64,000 nucleotides of DNA from Eledone cirrhosa (taxonomy: Eukaryota), in assembly GCA_964016885.1 (NCBI GenBank), contig OZ024740.1, positions 245,582,001-245,646,000 of the forward strand, read 5' to 3'. Below are positions 22,790 through 37,359 of this stretch, piece after piece. The number at the start of each line of letters is the position of its first letter. Within the stretch, counting starts at the first letter, position 1. The notes beneath the pieces were generated by a model that saw only the letters and a list, made by a program, of their open reading frames with translations, had not been told where the DNA came from and made no database searches. A program made the position numbers and the translations under genes.

Positions 22790-24470
22790 ATTTCGAGGAT
22801 ACGATGAAACAGAAGGATCAAACAATAAGGGTAATTTTCTGGTTATATGTGAAGCAGAGTGGAATACGATGATTGTTTAAGATCGCATTTAGATTTCGTG
22901 AAGAAAAATGCTAACTGTAAATTTTCCGGACTTTCAAGTGATATTGAAAACAAGACCATTAATTATATAACTGCTACAATTGAATGTGAAATTAAAGCAA
23001 TGATCTAAAAAACATCATTTGTTGCTTTTGTTTGATGAGACTACGGATTTTCGAATGAAATTTCAATTATCACGCGTTTTGTGATTTGTTCATGAGAAGG
23101 AAAAGCCTCAAGAAAGGTTTTTGGATACGTCGATATCAGTAGAAAATAGAAGAGCTGCATCGCTGACAGAAGTTCGGAAATTTGTTAATGAATTCAATCG
23201 TGGTAAAAAATTCATCGCACAAACTTATGATGGAGAGAGTGTAATGACTTGGCATTTGAACTGAGTGCAAGCAAGAATAAAGGAGATTTTTCGTGCGAAC
23301 GTCATGTTTGTTCATTGTTATGCAAATTCACATAATTTGGTACTCTCTCAATCAGCTTCAAGTATTCATGAATGTCGAATTTTCTTCCAAACTTTAAAAG
23401 GAATTTCATCTTTTTTCTCCAAATCAACGGCTCGAATAGCTCTACTGGATGAAATCGTTGGAAGACGATTTCTAAAATTACCTGAGACACGTTGGAATTA
23501 TTCATCTCGACAGGTATCTATTTTATCCAATAAAATTAATGTTTTCTTAGCTATTTTCAACGATATTAGAAACTCCAGAGGATTGGAATGTTTCAGAATT
23601 ATCACAGGCAAGGGGATTTGTTGCAATCCTTGAAGATTTTCAATTTAGATTTCTATTAGTAGTTTTTGAAACCATATTGAGTGGTGGCTCAGAAATTCTG
23701 TTTTCGATTCTTCAAAAAAGTTCACTTGATATTTCAAGGTCCATTCGTGAGATTGAAAACTTCCAGAATTTTACTGCCGGGTTCTGGATGGTATCACTTA
23801 ACCACCGGAGAAGTGTGGTTGATATCAAGAACCAGAAACTGTTTTAAGGACTTTGTTTAACAACATTTTGGATGAAGTTATTGTCTACATTGAACAAAGA
23901 TTTAAAGCAATGGGAGAGTTCAGATTTGTGGATTTGTGAATCCGAAGCTTTTTCACGCATACAAAAGAAAATTTCTGGGGGAAGCGTTTTCATCTTTGGA
24001 TGTCTATTTAAACATATTCGATTTGGGTGGCTTGAAATGCGAGCTGAAATCAGTTTCTGCTGCAGATTTCTCAAAGCAAGCGTCAAGCATCCACAAAGTC
24101 GCAGACATAATACAGGAACTTGAACTAAACCAAGCTCTAGCAGAAGTAACAAAATTATTATGCCTGATTATGGCCATACCTGCGACATCTGCTTCATGTG
24201 AGAGATCGTTTTCTTCATTAAAGCGAGTTAATAATTATATGAGGTGTTCTCTAAGTGAAGAGAGATTGAGCAATTTGGTCTCCATTTCCATGAATAGAAA
24301 CCTTTTAAAAAAGATGAAGGTAGAGCGTGGTGCTGATACATATAGTAAAGTGATCGATGAATTTACCAAAAAGAAACAAAGAATTGAACTGATTTACAGA
24401 TGGATTTTAAATATTATTTGAAGGTTTTATTATTTACTCATATTTCTCACGTAATCAATATCATGACAGG
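22790..24470 (+). mobile_element. hAT transposase pseudogene (ZMYM1-like)
   Basis: DETTD, IAQTYDG, FVHCYA, LPETRW and the hAT dimerisation motif IPATSASCERSFSSLKR. Confidence 0.85.
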
Positions 24471-26086
24471 CTCGTTGCCAAGCTGTTACTAATGGGGAGA
24501 CATCATGTCTAACGGAGAGGGGTATTAAGCCTGAAGTGTGGTTTGTTGGTAGATGTGTTGGTAGATTTGGAGATCTGAGGTAAACCGCTGGCCCGTTTTA
24601 TTGAACAACGAGTGTAAGGTACCTTTCTGTCAAAGATAGCCTTGTTAGAAGAAAGATTAGAAATCCCAGGTTTTAGAAAAGAATTAAGATCACCGTTACC
24701 ACAAATCTGACTAGCGTAGATTATTTAGACATCAACCTAGAGCTTCGCACACACACACATTCAGACTTTTCCACAAACTTAATGAAAAGTTAACTTATGT
24801 ACACAAGGACCCATGGCACCCATCTACGGTCTTTAAAAACTTCGTTAAAAACATCAGTACTAAGATTTCTAATCTTTCTTCTTACAAGGCAATCTTTCAC
24901 AGAGCGGCATCTTACTATAACATTGCGTTAGCCAACAGCGGCTTCTCCGAAAAATGTCTTACTCCCCTCTTAATCACACTACCAGTAGAAAGAGAAAGAG
25001 AAATAATAACAAAAATTTGGTTCTGCGATCGTCCACGAAGTCGGCAAGCCACATATGGTCACTCAAAGATATAGACGTGAAATTCTCCAGTCAATGGAAA
25101 GTTCTGGTCAAATCCAGAATATGTATATATATATGTAATAAATGTAATCTGAGTTTTTCGAATATTAATAATAACATTCGATTCGTTTGCAATTATGCAA
25201 ACAAGCCTCAATTTTATAGCCATGTCAGTAGAATGAACTTGCTCTTGTGTTGGCATGCGAACAGAACTGCAGGCACTAATGTTTCTGGGTATCACCCTTC
25301 ATCAGTACAGCTCACTGTTCACCTACCAAACTGTCAGAGCTAGTGAAAATATATGCTGTTTTCAATATATATATATATATATAGATTCTTGGTTGAGAAC
25401 TTATTCGATTTGTGCTATTTATGCTATTTTTCGCATGATTTACACTTACTGAATTACTTTGCCAAAATTTGGGGTTATTCCCCTTGTGATTTCCACACGT
25501 GGTTTAACTTACCACCGTGTCATTCACTTATTTGGTACAGAGCGAAATAACTGTTGATAACGTGATATTCCTTGTTCGATCATTATACCCAAAGCTTATA
25601 TTTTTAAGCAGACTGTATTTTGATTTAGGTGTCACAGAAACTCTACATCGAATTTTAACAGCAATTCCGGGAGTTCAGGTCTGGTTATCATTTATTGTGT
25701 ATCATTTATTTTGTTTTAACCTGTTTAGCTTGATTTGGTTTTTGGCTTGGGTGGTTAATGCCTTCTTGACCACCTTTTCAGTTTTGTCTGGCTTCTTAAC
25801 ACATTGTTTAACTATTGAGCACTTTGCCAGTATCATTTCTGATTTTTGCGTTTCGCTTCGCTTTTCCTGCCCGCCGAAATGCGATTCTCTCTGAATCTTT
25901 ATTGATAAGGACCAAAAAGTACGAAACAGAGCTCTGTCAGCTTTATCTCCCCTTGTTTGCTGAAAATTTAAAGTAAGTGAAACTGTCACTACTCTAAAAC
26001 AATAGCGTAAGGTCTTCGAGATGCTTTTAATTAAGCATACAATGTATTGCAAAATACACTATATATACATTCATATATATATATCG

Positions 26087-26125
<39 letters not shown>

Positions 26126-26149
26126 TACATATATATATACATATACATA

Positions 26150-26319
<170 letters not shown>

Positions 26320-26455
26320 GTTAAAATACTGGAGTGTGTTGGAGTTAAACACCCTCTTCGTATTATAGAAATGACAGTAAAAGGTATAGCTCAATGTAGT
26401 TAAACAGAGCCGAAAAATTTCAGATAAAGAATCTTGCTAAACAAATTCAGAAACG

Positions 26456-26533
<78 letters not shown>

Positions 26534-26549
26534 GTATATATATATATGT

Positions 26550-26653
<104 letters not shown>

Positions 26654-26672
26654 GTATATATATATATATGTG

Positions 26673-26712
<40 letters not shown>

Positions 26713-26761
26713 TTAAGAGAGTAAAACAAAGAAGCCTTCAATACATCAAAAGTCTTTATTA

Positions 26762-26799
26762 GCCGACAATGTTTCATCCTATTAAGGACTCATCAGGGC
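26762..26799 (-). ncRNA. Hammerhead ribozyme in 3' pLTR
   Basis: GCC CUGAUGA GUCCuuaauaGGAU GAAAC AUU GUC GGC. Confidence 0.8.
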
Positions 26800-28564
26800 A
26801 ATTAAAACAACAAGAAGTAATATCGGCAGATGCAAGCCGGAATCTCCGAAGAATATGGAGTGTACATAAACTGAAGTATTACAAAAATATATAATAAAAA
26901 TATATGATAATAATTACTAAGGATGTATATAACATTAAGAACCATATTACAAATATAGTCCAAAGCAAAAACTAGAGCTAAACAAAGGTGGTTATATAGA
27001 GCAGGAATTTTATATAATACAATATAACATACAATAATATACCTTTACCAACATTAGAATCAAAAATTACAATAAAAATCAAAAGATACAATATGCATAT
27101 GTATATATGTGCGCACACGTACACACACATACACATACAACAATACGCACATCCATCTTCCACTGCACAAATTAAACCTTATTAAGAATTTGAATATAAA
27201 AATAAGCATGGTAGGAATGAAAATAATAATAATAATAATACTAATACATCTACCCAATATACATGAGGTAATAATATGATATAATTATAAGTAACACATA
27301 TAATAATAAATAATACAATTATATACTATATAATACAATATAATAGAATAGATAATCTCCGGTTAATTTACACAAACAATATAGATGTCACAATAATAAT
27401 ATAATAATAATAACATTTACAATATACAATATACTAACATTTATCAATGTACTCAAGTTAACAAATCGGTTCATATTGGGTTACAGAGTAGGCGAGGAAA
27501 AATAAATTGTACAATACCTCAAAAAAACTTACAGAAGTAGAAACATCTTACATGATATATAAAGTTTAACATATCATAATGTTACATATAATTAACGGTA
27601 AGTAATAAGGATCAATATTACAATAAAAAATACAATATAATATATTATATAAAATAAATTAATACAATATAATATATAATTACTTATAATTACAAGGTTG
27701 GTTGACAGACATATATATGGATGAGTGAGTGAGTGCCAGACAGTGAAAATAATGCACAGTAGTATTATAATATAGAATAAAATAAATAAATAGATAGAAT
27801 CAACCGGAAATTTAAAAAAACAAAAAGAAACGTATACATATAGGTCTCCCATGCAGTTAAGTAGTTAAGTAAAAGCTAAGGAAAACAACCCCTGTAAATG
27901 ACTCGAAAACCCTATTTGATAAATTAATATTAAAAATATTTAAACTATCTAATAAGGCAGTATAATATTGGCTATAGTTTAAGTCATTAAAGTTTATAAA
28001 CGTTAATATTTCGTTCCAAATGTTTACAAGAAGGAATGAAAATTTATTATTATCATATACATAACGATATCCAAAGAACTGACTTAAGCAGAATTAAGGT
28101 AGGCTAATAGGGACAGAAAAGTAGAAATGTATGGAGGATGCAAAGGGGCATAAAATATAGTCGATATACTATATTACATAATAGAAAGGAGTGTAAAAGA
28201 GGGGGGGGTTAAATATAATATAATCATAGTCAATTTGGAGGGGTTGACAATAAGTTTATGTGCGCATGGGGGGGGGGAGGGGTCCAAAGAAGAATCCGAA
28301 TAAGGATAAAAATTAAAAAAATAAAAATAAGAATAAGAATAAGAGTAAAATAAAATAAATAGCGTAAAATATATAATCTTATATACATTCATAAGGTGTA
28401 ACAGTGAAAATTTAATGCGTAAGAAGATAGATGTGGTACAGTAGCCAAAAGATTATGAGATCTAGAATGAAGAGTCATCAAAAACCAATTATAACAATGA
28501 TGATAATAATAATGCTGGCAAACAAAAGGACCTAAACTAAAAACTAAGTAATGGAATATAACAC

Positions 28565-31254
28565 CTAATGGGTACAATTTGTACTACTAGAACGTTTAGG
28601 TTTATAATAAAAGTATGAATTAGAAATAGCATGGGGGCAAGAAGAGAATATCTCAGACTTTCTATTAAGTAAAGATGCACTAGAGAAGATTATAGAGTGT
28701 GTCTCGAGGATACAGAGATTACAAAACTTAGTATGTGTAGAAAGGTGGTTAGAGCGTGCTACTAAACGCCAGTTAAGGCTATATGGTATATTAGCTATCT
28801 TAAGATCCCAGACATAATGTGCTAAAGAAGTAGAATTCTTAAACTTAACATGCTTGAAATTAGAGATATGAGAGTTAAACCTGGTCTTAAAAGTGTTAGA
28901 TGTAGAGCCTATATAAGTTCTATTAGAGGAATTAGTTATAACTTCACAAGCATAGACAATGTTCTTAGAAAGGCAGTTACCGTTTAAAGGGCAATTAGCA
29001 CTCACTCTACAATTGCACTTCCGGGTGTTATTGGTTGACTCAAGTGGTGAAGCACTACACGTAAGATTGCTATTAGATAAGGACTGTTCTGGTGGTAATG
29101 CATTGCCAGATCTGTTCAGACTAGTAGTATGTAGAGAGGAGAATCCATCCCTAATTTTCCTATTGTTAGTGCTAGCTAAATGAGAACTAATATTAGGGGT
29201 GGTAGAGAATGAAAGTTTAATAACATTTTTATTAAAAATACTATGGTATTTATGAGAAGGGGGGAAATTTTTCTCTAAGATAGAGAAGAAAGACCTAGGG
29301 ATATTAGTTGATACTTCCTGATTATATGGCGGGTTAAAATAAGTGTTTAATCGCCTTCTATTTTTATTCTTACCGACTCTACCATTATCGAATATCCCAC
29401 CATCGAGACTAGGGTTACTACAAGGATTAGTTAAAGCCGCATTCATAGAATCAGCCAAAATTTCATTAAGTCTATTACAGTTTCTACCTCCAGTAGATCT
29501 GCTGCTGTCCGGAATCCCATCATAAGGATCAGGGCCAATGATAGGATCAGTAGAAGCAACATTATCAAAATAAGATCCAGCTAAATTATCACCAATGTGT
29601 GAGCGCTCAGCGGGTTCAACTTGTTTCCTAGAGGTATTATATTCGCTATTACGGGTTCGGTCGGTTAACTTATGGGTGGGTTCAGAAACACCTATATAAT
29701 TTCTACGGTTACTATGTTTGCTACTCACATTCATGGCCATGTTATGTGATATTATACTATTATTATTAAAGGTAGACGGAGACTTTCTAAGGTTACTATT
29801 ATTATAATGTATTTTACTAGAGTAACCTGAATTTGCTAGGGCATTATTATAGTACTCCGCATGTTCATTAAAAGTTCCTATGTCCTTAGAGAGTGTAGAA
29901 ATCCTATTAGATACACCCTTAATTATAGAGCTTATCATAGACTTGGGGTGGTTAGAATTGGGACTAACATAAGAAAGTATTTCATTAGGCTTATGGAAGG
30001 GTTTAAAACTATTAGTGGCCAAGTCCAAAGTCACATCTAAAAAGTTAACCGCTCTATCATTTCTATCTATCGTGATCGAAAGGTTATAGCTTTTAAAAAA
30101 CTTATAAAGCTTCTTCTTATTATGTTCTACATTGTTGGTGCTAGAGTTAATTACAAACAATGCATCATCACGATATAGTCCGCCTATAAGGTGCGGGAAG
30201 GTAGCATATAGTTCATTAAGGAGGAACAACCCAACAAGATCAGTAACCTGGGCCGAATCACTCGAACCCATTGTAACGTCGAAATTGTTGGGCGTGTTTT
30301 TACGGGTCCAAAATGTGTCCTCAAATTTAATAATAGTTTTACGGGCTGCTAGTATAATGTCTACCTGTGATCGTGTAAGGCTGGACACTCTCATGGCTAA
30401 CATTAAAGCTTTATTGAGGAGGACGGGTGAAATTGATGTGTAGTAGGCATCAATATCGAATTGGATAAACTTATTAGATTCAAGTCTATTAATCCCGGAG
30501 AACCAATCTATAACTTCCTTAGTGTTCCCCCCATAGGTTAAAATTAACCTTATCCCTAACATCTGGTATAATAAGGTCAAGGATTTTTTTTACTGATAGT
30601 GGCTATATCAGACTTAGAAGGACAGATGAGTCTAACTGAGGGGTTACTAATAAAATCAACCTTGTGATCCTTAAGAGTGAATCTCGGTTCTCGAGGGTAA
30701 TATGGCTGGGTATACTTATCGAGGCCGAGGTCAGAGACAATTCTAAGGCCATCACTATTGATGTGGTTCAAATTCTCAAGTGTAGTTTTTTTATAGTTTC
30801 TATGCAGCTCCTTATAAATAAAGTCGCGGTAAGCACTATAATCCATGGAGTATAGATTTTTAGTCTTATCCGCCGGGACAAGAATGGACTTATTCTCACC
30901 GAAACCCTTAACAATATTTTTAAGTCTAGACTGGAACTTATCAAAATTATTATAATTTCTATGTCTATTATTTGGCCTATACCTAATATTTTTGACCAGA
31001 GAGAGTAAGTCACTTTCAAAACTATCTAACAGAATATTGTGTGGTGGGCTCTTATAAGTTTTGAAGCCATAGTTGTTAAAAATATTTCTATTCCTGGGGT
31101 CCTTCCTATCCTTATTATTATCATAGTGGAAAGCACGCCATCTAATCCTTTTTACAAAGGAGTTAACACTAGCTATCAATAGTTTTTCGTAAGTATTCTT
31201 AGAGGGGGTGGGAATATTCTTCAGAGATAAAGGCAGGTAACTCTTTGTTAGCAT
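28565..31254 (-). CDS. PLE RT + C-terminal GIY-YIG polyprotein (~895 aa if two 1-bp homopolymer insertions at ~30527-30592 are removed)
   Basis: PADKT, KDHK, VRLICP, QFDIDAYY, MGS.DSA, YRDD, FLDV, YFNPPY, CNCR...CPL.G.C, IVY...YIG, CNLC motifs. Confidence 0.9.
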
Positions 31255-31456
31255 ACTGTCAGATATGTATATATAAATATATGAGGAAGCTCAACCGATC
31301 GGGAGCAGTGACAAGGGTTAAAATACTGGAGTGTGTGGGAGTTAAACACCCTCTTCGTATTATAGAAATGACAGTAAAAGGTATAGCTCAAAAACAGAGC
31401 CGAAAAATTAAGAGAGTAAAACAAAGAAGCCTTCAATACATCAAAAGTCTTTATTA

Positions 31457-31494
31457 GCCGACAATGTTTCGTCCTATTAAGGACTCATCAGGGC
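31457..31494 (-). ncRNA. Hammerhead ribozyme in 5' pLTR, ~200 nt upstream of the ATG
   Basis: GCC CUGAUGA GUCCuuaauaGGAC GAAAC AUU GUC GGC; full consensus core, GUC cleavage triplet. Confidence 0.85.
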
Positions 31495-32407
31495 AATTAA
31501 AACAACAAGAAGTAATATCGGTATTAATTTAGTAATATATTGTATTAATTTATTTTATATAATATATTATATTGTATTTTTTATTGTAATATTGATCCTT
31601 ATTACTTACCGTTAATTGTATGTAACATTATGATATGTTAAACTTTATATATCATGTAAGATGTTTCTACTTCTGTAAGTTTTTTTGAGGTATTGTACAA
31701 TTTATTTTTCCTCACCTACTCTGTAACCCAATATGAACCGATTTGTTAACTTGAGTACATTGATAAATGTTAGTATATTGTATATTGTAAATGTTATTAT
31801 TATTATATTATTATTGTGACATCTATATTGTTTGTGTAAATTAACCGGAGATTATCTATTCTATTATATTGTATTATATAGTATATAATTGTATTATTTA
31901 TTATTATATGTGTTACTTATAATTATATCATATTATTACCTCATGTATATTGGGTAGATGTATTAGTATTATTATTATTATTATTTTCATTCCTACCATG
32001 CTTATTTTTATATTCAAATTCTTAATAAGGTTTAATTTGTGCAGTGGAAGATGGATGTGCGTATTGTTGTATGTGTATGTGTGTGTACGTGTGCGCACAT
32101 ATATACATATGCATATTGTATCTTTTGATTTTTATTGTAATTTTTGATTCTAATGTTGGTAAAGGTATATTATTGTATGTTATATTGTATTATATAAAAT
32201 TCCTGCTCTATATAACCACCTTTGTTTAGCTCTAGTTTTTGCTTTGGACTATATTTGTAATATGGTTCTTAATGTTATATACATCCTTAGTAATTATTAT
32301 CATATATTTTTATTATATATTTTTGTAATACTTCAGTTTATGTACACTCCATATTCTTCGGAGATTCCGGCTTGCATCTGCCGATATTACTTCTTGTTGT
32401 TTTAATT

Positions 32408-32445
32408 GCCCTGATGAGTCCTTAATAGGATGAAACATTGTCGGC
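32408..32445 (+). ncRNA. Hammerhead ribozyme in the inverted arm
   Basis: Same motif; shares the GGAU variant with 26762-26799. Confidence 0.8.
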
Positions 32446-32496
32446 TAATAAAGACTTTTGATGTATTGAAGGCTTCTTTGTTTTACTCTCTTAATA

Positions 32497-32546
<50 letters not shown>

Positions 32547-32567
32547 TATATATATACATATATATAC

Positions 32568-32704
<137 letters not shown>

Positions 32705-32723
32705 TATACATATATATATACAC

Positions 32724-32819
<96 letters not shown>

Positions 32820-32821
<2 letters not shown>

Positions 32822-33098
32822 CGTTTCTGAATTTGTTTAGCAAGATTCTTTATCTGAAAACGTGTGTTGAAACCGATATTGTTATACTTTGGGAGGCTCA
32901 TGTTGCCAATAAGAAACACACCCACCAGTTGCTTTCACTTCAATTTATTATAATAAATTTATAAATTTATAAATTGTGGAACCAACCAACCAACCGGAAA
33001 TTTATAAATTCCTAAATTTATAAATTTATTATAATAAATTGAAGTGAAAGCAACTGGTGCGTGTGTTTCTTATCGGCAACATGACCCTCCCAAAGTAT

Positions 33099-33104
<6 letters not shown>
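32820..33104. repeat. Fold-back of the 3' terminus of a second PLE family (same family as 49331-50820), flanked by (TA)n
   Basis: ~32878-32965 is the reverse complement of ~33017-33104; the sequence matches ~50620-50820. Confidence 0.8.
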
Positions 33105-33181
<77 letters not shown>

Positions 33182-33657
33182 ATATATATATATGGTAAAA
33201 GGCTGACACAGGCTTTTAGAGACTGGGGGAGAGGGAGAAAATAGGTAGATGGATATAAAGAAAGAAATAGAGATAGATAGACGGAGAGAAGGAGAGAGAT
33301 ATAGAGTGTCACAGCAGTAGTAAACAACAGTTTGATTAAAAAATTAGGCTGTGGTTAAAATGAAAATATTAAAAAACATGTGGGAGAAAAATAGGAAACA
33401 GAAAACGTGGAAGAGACAATTCCTGCTCATCGGCTGTCTTTTGGGGATCATTATAGTTCCGGATGCTTTATAAGACATGACTATTCACCACCAGTGCATC
33501 AATAGAAACCACAGAGTTATCCCTGGACAGCTATTTGGAATGAAAAAACAACAGACGTTGGACAAAAAAACACACACACAAAACAAAACATGGAATTTTG
33601 TACAGTTTCTGCCAATCAAATGGCACTCATAAGGCATTGGTCAATTCATGTTTATAG

Positions 33658-36160
33658 CTTTCTTTTTTTTTTTTGTGCGTGTGTGTCTGGTATTTGGACC
33701 TGATTCTGGGTAGCTGATTCAGAAAATACCGTCCATTCTGTTCCAGCAGCTCTATCTAGTATCTGAGATATTGCATACGTCATTATCAACTTTATTACTC
33801 TTTTGAAACAGCATTATGAGTAGCTCGTAAAATTTAAATGTATCAGTATAATTATATTGTAGCTATGATTTTGCTATTGGCTCTGTCTTTAATGCGTACT
33901 GTACATGTATTAACACGAACTATTTCCTACAACAGGTGTTGGATTGTCTTCATCACGAAAAAAAATGTTTGAATCATCCTTTTTTTTTTTTTACAACGAG
34001 TACTGTGATTTTGTGAAGAGAGTTTATTTTGCCTATTTCTAAGTACAATTAGAAGGCCAAGATAAGCCATGTTGTGTGTAAACATTTACAGAGTATATGC
34101 AGCAATGGACCAACGGAAAGATGTGCCTGAAATTTAGTACACCAATGGTATGAAGCGAACAGAAAAACCAGTGATGACTGTTACTTTTGTTTGATGAATA
34201 TAAAGGGCATTAATGATGTATCCTAACATATACTGAGCTAGATGGCCTGTTACACATTCAGATGATATACCTATTACATCATTCAGCTATCTTTCAGAGC
34301 TCCTTCAAGATGATGATTTAGTGAATTGGTCCCAGGGTTTCTTACTCCAGTAAGTACCACCGGAACCCAACTACTCAATTTAATAGAAATAAGAGATAGG
34401 AGAATTTTCATACAATTTCATGTCGTGTGAGAATCATCTGAAGTAATAACTGAGGCATAATAAGTTTCTCAAAACGAGTATCAAAATAACTTGCGTTTAT
34501 TGTAGTCCGTGAATTACATATGTGGTAAACAAATGTACCTCGTGGCATGACAAGATATAATCCTGAATTATAAGATATGGTTGAAAAAGGTTAGCATGCT
34601 TGCGCTCGATATGACCAGTTTGAGAAGTGCCACCAAAAAGAGAGTGAGTGAGCAAGAGAAGTCGGTCGAGTGACGTCAGAACATTCCCTTATATACTGGC
34701 CACAGGGAAGTAACTCCAATTAGTTTTTTCTCCCCGGGCAAGGTGGCGCTAGTCGCTACAATGAATTAACTATTGTCAAATAAAGCATATGTGGGCAAAA
34801 TGACACTGATTTCAAAAGACCAACATTAGTTGCAGAACCTTTTTAGTCAACATGAATTGAATGATCTAATAGATTTAAATCTTTCGTCGAAGAAGTCGTC
34901 TGAATAGTTAGCTTTTCGCCTGGGAGAAAAACCTTTACTGTTACCAGAAACTAAAATCATGTGATTTCGCGACAGAGAAAAAGGATTTACTACCCTTCTT
35001 TTCAAAAGAGAAAGATTTTGCTTTCTGCAACAATGTGTATGGATTGCTTATGAAACTAGGCATATCAAAATATACATTAAGTGAATGACGGTTATTCATA
35101 GATAGCTCTAAACGTAGCCTGAAATGTCTTCTCTCAATTGCTGTGGTATCAGCGAAGAGCACGGGACAGTTGCCTAGTCCTAGAAAAGATATGGGACATA
35201 TTTTAACTACATTTGTAGAACATTTCATGCACTCAGCGTGGAAAAACTGAAAGCAGGCATTTTTCATGGATGGCAAATCCGGAAACTCATAAAAGACCCA
35301 CGTTTCCAATATTCAATGGACAACGTTGAGGCACGTGCATGGTCAGCATTTACTATGGTTGTCTTTCCTTGGGAACTATTAGGCTGATAACTATGGGCAA
35401 CTTATCAAGAATATGTTCTCTCTATTTTGTAAACTTGGCTAGAAAATGAACATCAAACTGCAATACCTCCACAGTCATTTGGATGTTTCCCAGATAACCT
35501 TGGTGAAGATAACAATGGATGAACGGTCCCGCGGACGATGATTACTGCTGGAGTATTCAACCTGAATGTTGAGGCGTATCTCATCGGAGGAAAATTAAGA
35601 AACACGATTTATATCAGATGTTTCATTGAAAAAAAAAAAAAAACGAAATAAAAACGCCTTTTCTCTGGCGTTTGGGCCTCAAACTTGATTGAATTTAATA
35701 AATATTTTTGTACGTTATGCTTGTTTGATGTTAATACACTACTTTTGTTGACATCCATTATACTTTTGTATACACTTGGCAACTTCAATAATTGCCAGTC
35801 AGCAATTATATAATATCATGCATTATATATAAATACTAGCAGTGGTATATTTCGCTACATGCTTGAGCAACTCGAAGTGATCCTTCTCTTCCGAGGAACC
35901 AGAGTGGAATTACCCAAAGAAAAAAAACTTATCTCATTTAAGCTCAAGTTGGCCAACCTGAGATAAAGAGAAATAGCAGCCAGATGTCATTCAGGGGTCA
36001 GTATGTGCGAAGAGATTTCGCTACAAATTTATATAGATATATAGACGACCTGCTGCACATTCAGATAGTCAGAGCTGATGGGGAAAAACCAATGTCATTT
36101 TTAGAATCAGTGATCTCAGTATACCCAGAAATCTGAGGCATCAAAAATTGTGTTGCCAAG
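33658..36160 (+). mobile_element. Degraded CMC/Chapaev3-like DNA transposon inserted in a SINE
   Basis: FAYF..LEGQDKP, WTNGK..LKFSTPMV, DDCYFC, LFIDSSKRSLKC, KLKAGIF, LHSHLD..PDNLG. SINE halves at ~33600-33657 and ~36161-36220. Family call is from motif recall. Confidence 0.65.
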
Positions 36161-36587
36161 TATATAGAAACACTTGCCTAAGGTGTCAGATAGTGGGACT
36201 GAATCCTGCACCACGTGGTTATGAATGGAAGTGGAGATGGACGAGAGATTTTAAGCCGGATGAAAAAAAACCAGGACGTCAAGTGTTTGTTTTTCTTTGA
36301 ATAAATGTGTCGTTTGAAAATCCATGTCAACGTCTCTACTTACGTGTGTGTGAGCACACACATTGTTTTGGTAAGAGGAATAAATATAGCACTGATGACC
36401 GTGGAGAGGTGGAGGGGGAAATGTGTGTATGTGGAAATTTATTGCTCCTATCTTTAGTTTTTAACGTTTGTTTCCAATGTTTAGAAAATAAAAATAAGTA
36501 AATCTACAATTATATGGTAATGAGACAAAGTATTAATTAGTCATTTCGGAAATTACAAGAAAGACCAAACACTAGAACTGAGAACAA

Positions 36588-36598
36588 GAGCAGCAGCA

Positions 36599-36677
<79 letters not shown>

Positions 36678-36683
36678 CAGCAG
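36588..36683. repeat. (CAG)n trinucleotide microsatellite
   Basis: About 30 GCA units with few interruptions. Confidence 0.95.
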
Positions 36684-37127
36684 GGGTAGCAAAAGTAAAA
36701 GTGCCACTAACAAGGAAAAAAAAACGTATAAATGCGAACAATTTAATAGCTAGAAATGTCATTCAACTACTCAAGGCTAAGAAGATAAACAATGTCAGTT
36801 GTATGAAACGTAAGTACTCAAAGTATATTTCATTTCAATACATTACAATATAATCATCAGTGGTTCCCAGATTTATTTTGCCACAGCACCCTTATATTAT
36901 TTTTCAAGAATCACAGAACCCATAGCTATATTTTATGGCATTAAATGACATCAAATGAAACAAAATTGATTTAAAGAGAGAATTTATTTGAATGTATTGT
37001 ATCTGTCCCCAATAGTATTGTACTCAACTTATTCGACTATTCTATAGTAAATATATCAATTGAGGTTGCTTTTCACTAAAAAAGCAAATAAATTTCAAAC
37101 TTACCCAATTACTTTGTAAACTTATTG

Positions 37128-37215
<88 letters not shown>

Positions 37216-37310
37216 GGACCTACCCGTATTGAGTGCTTTGCTAACTCATTCATATTGAAGGTCGACTTTGTTTGCTCACAGCCAAAGCTTCGATTTTACT
37301 AAGCTTCCAC

Positions 37311-37356
<46 letters not shown>

Positions 37357-37359
<3 letters not shown>

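Larger units (their letters stand above)
22255..26050 (+). mobile_element. Degraded PLE interrupted by a solo LTR and a hAT fragment
   Basis: EEMNIIL|TAR across the solo LTR; FDITMGSSDSAQVTDLVGL and GGLYRDD (22575-22790); thumb and GIY relics 24640-25150; decayed hammerhead ~25900-25941. Confidence 0.72.

Noticed and set aside
35835-36045. Possible small minus-strand Helitron (TCTATAT start, CTAG end) inside the Chapaev-like relic
   Set aside because: No clear 3' hairpin; the termini are too short to be significant.
36553-36762. Poly-Ala/poly-Gln ORF
   Set aside because: Simple (CAG)n in AT-rich flanks, with no supporting exon structure or domain.
36858-36900. CAGTGGTTCCCA, a hAT/Charlie-like TIR start (similar case at ~54578)
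   Set aside because: No matching opposite TIR or 8-bp TSD found.
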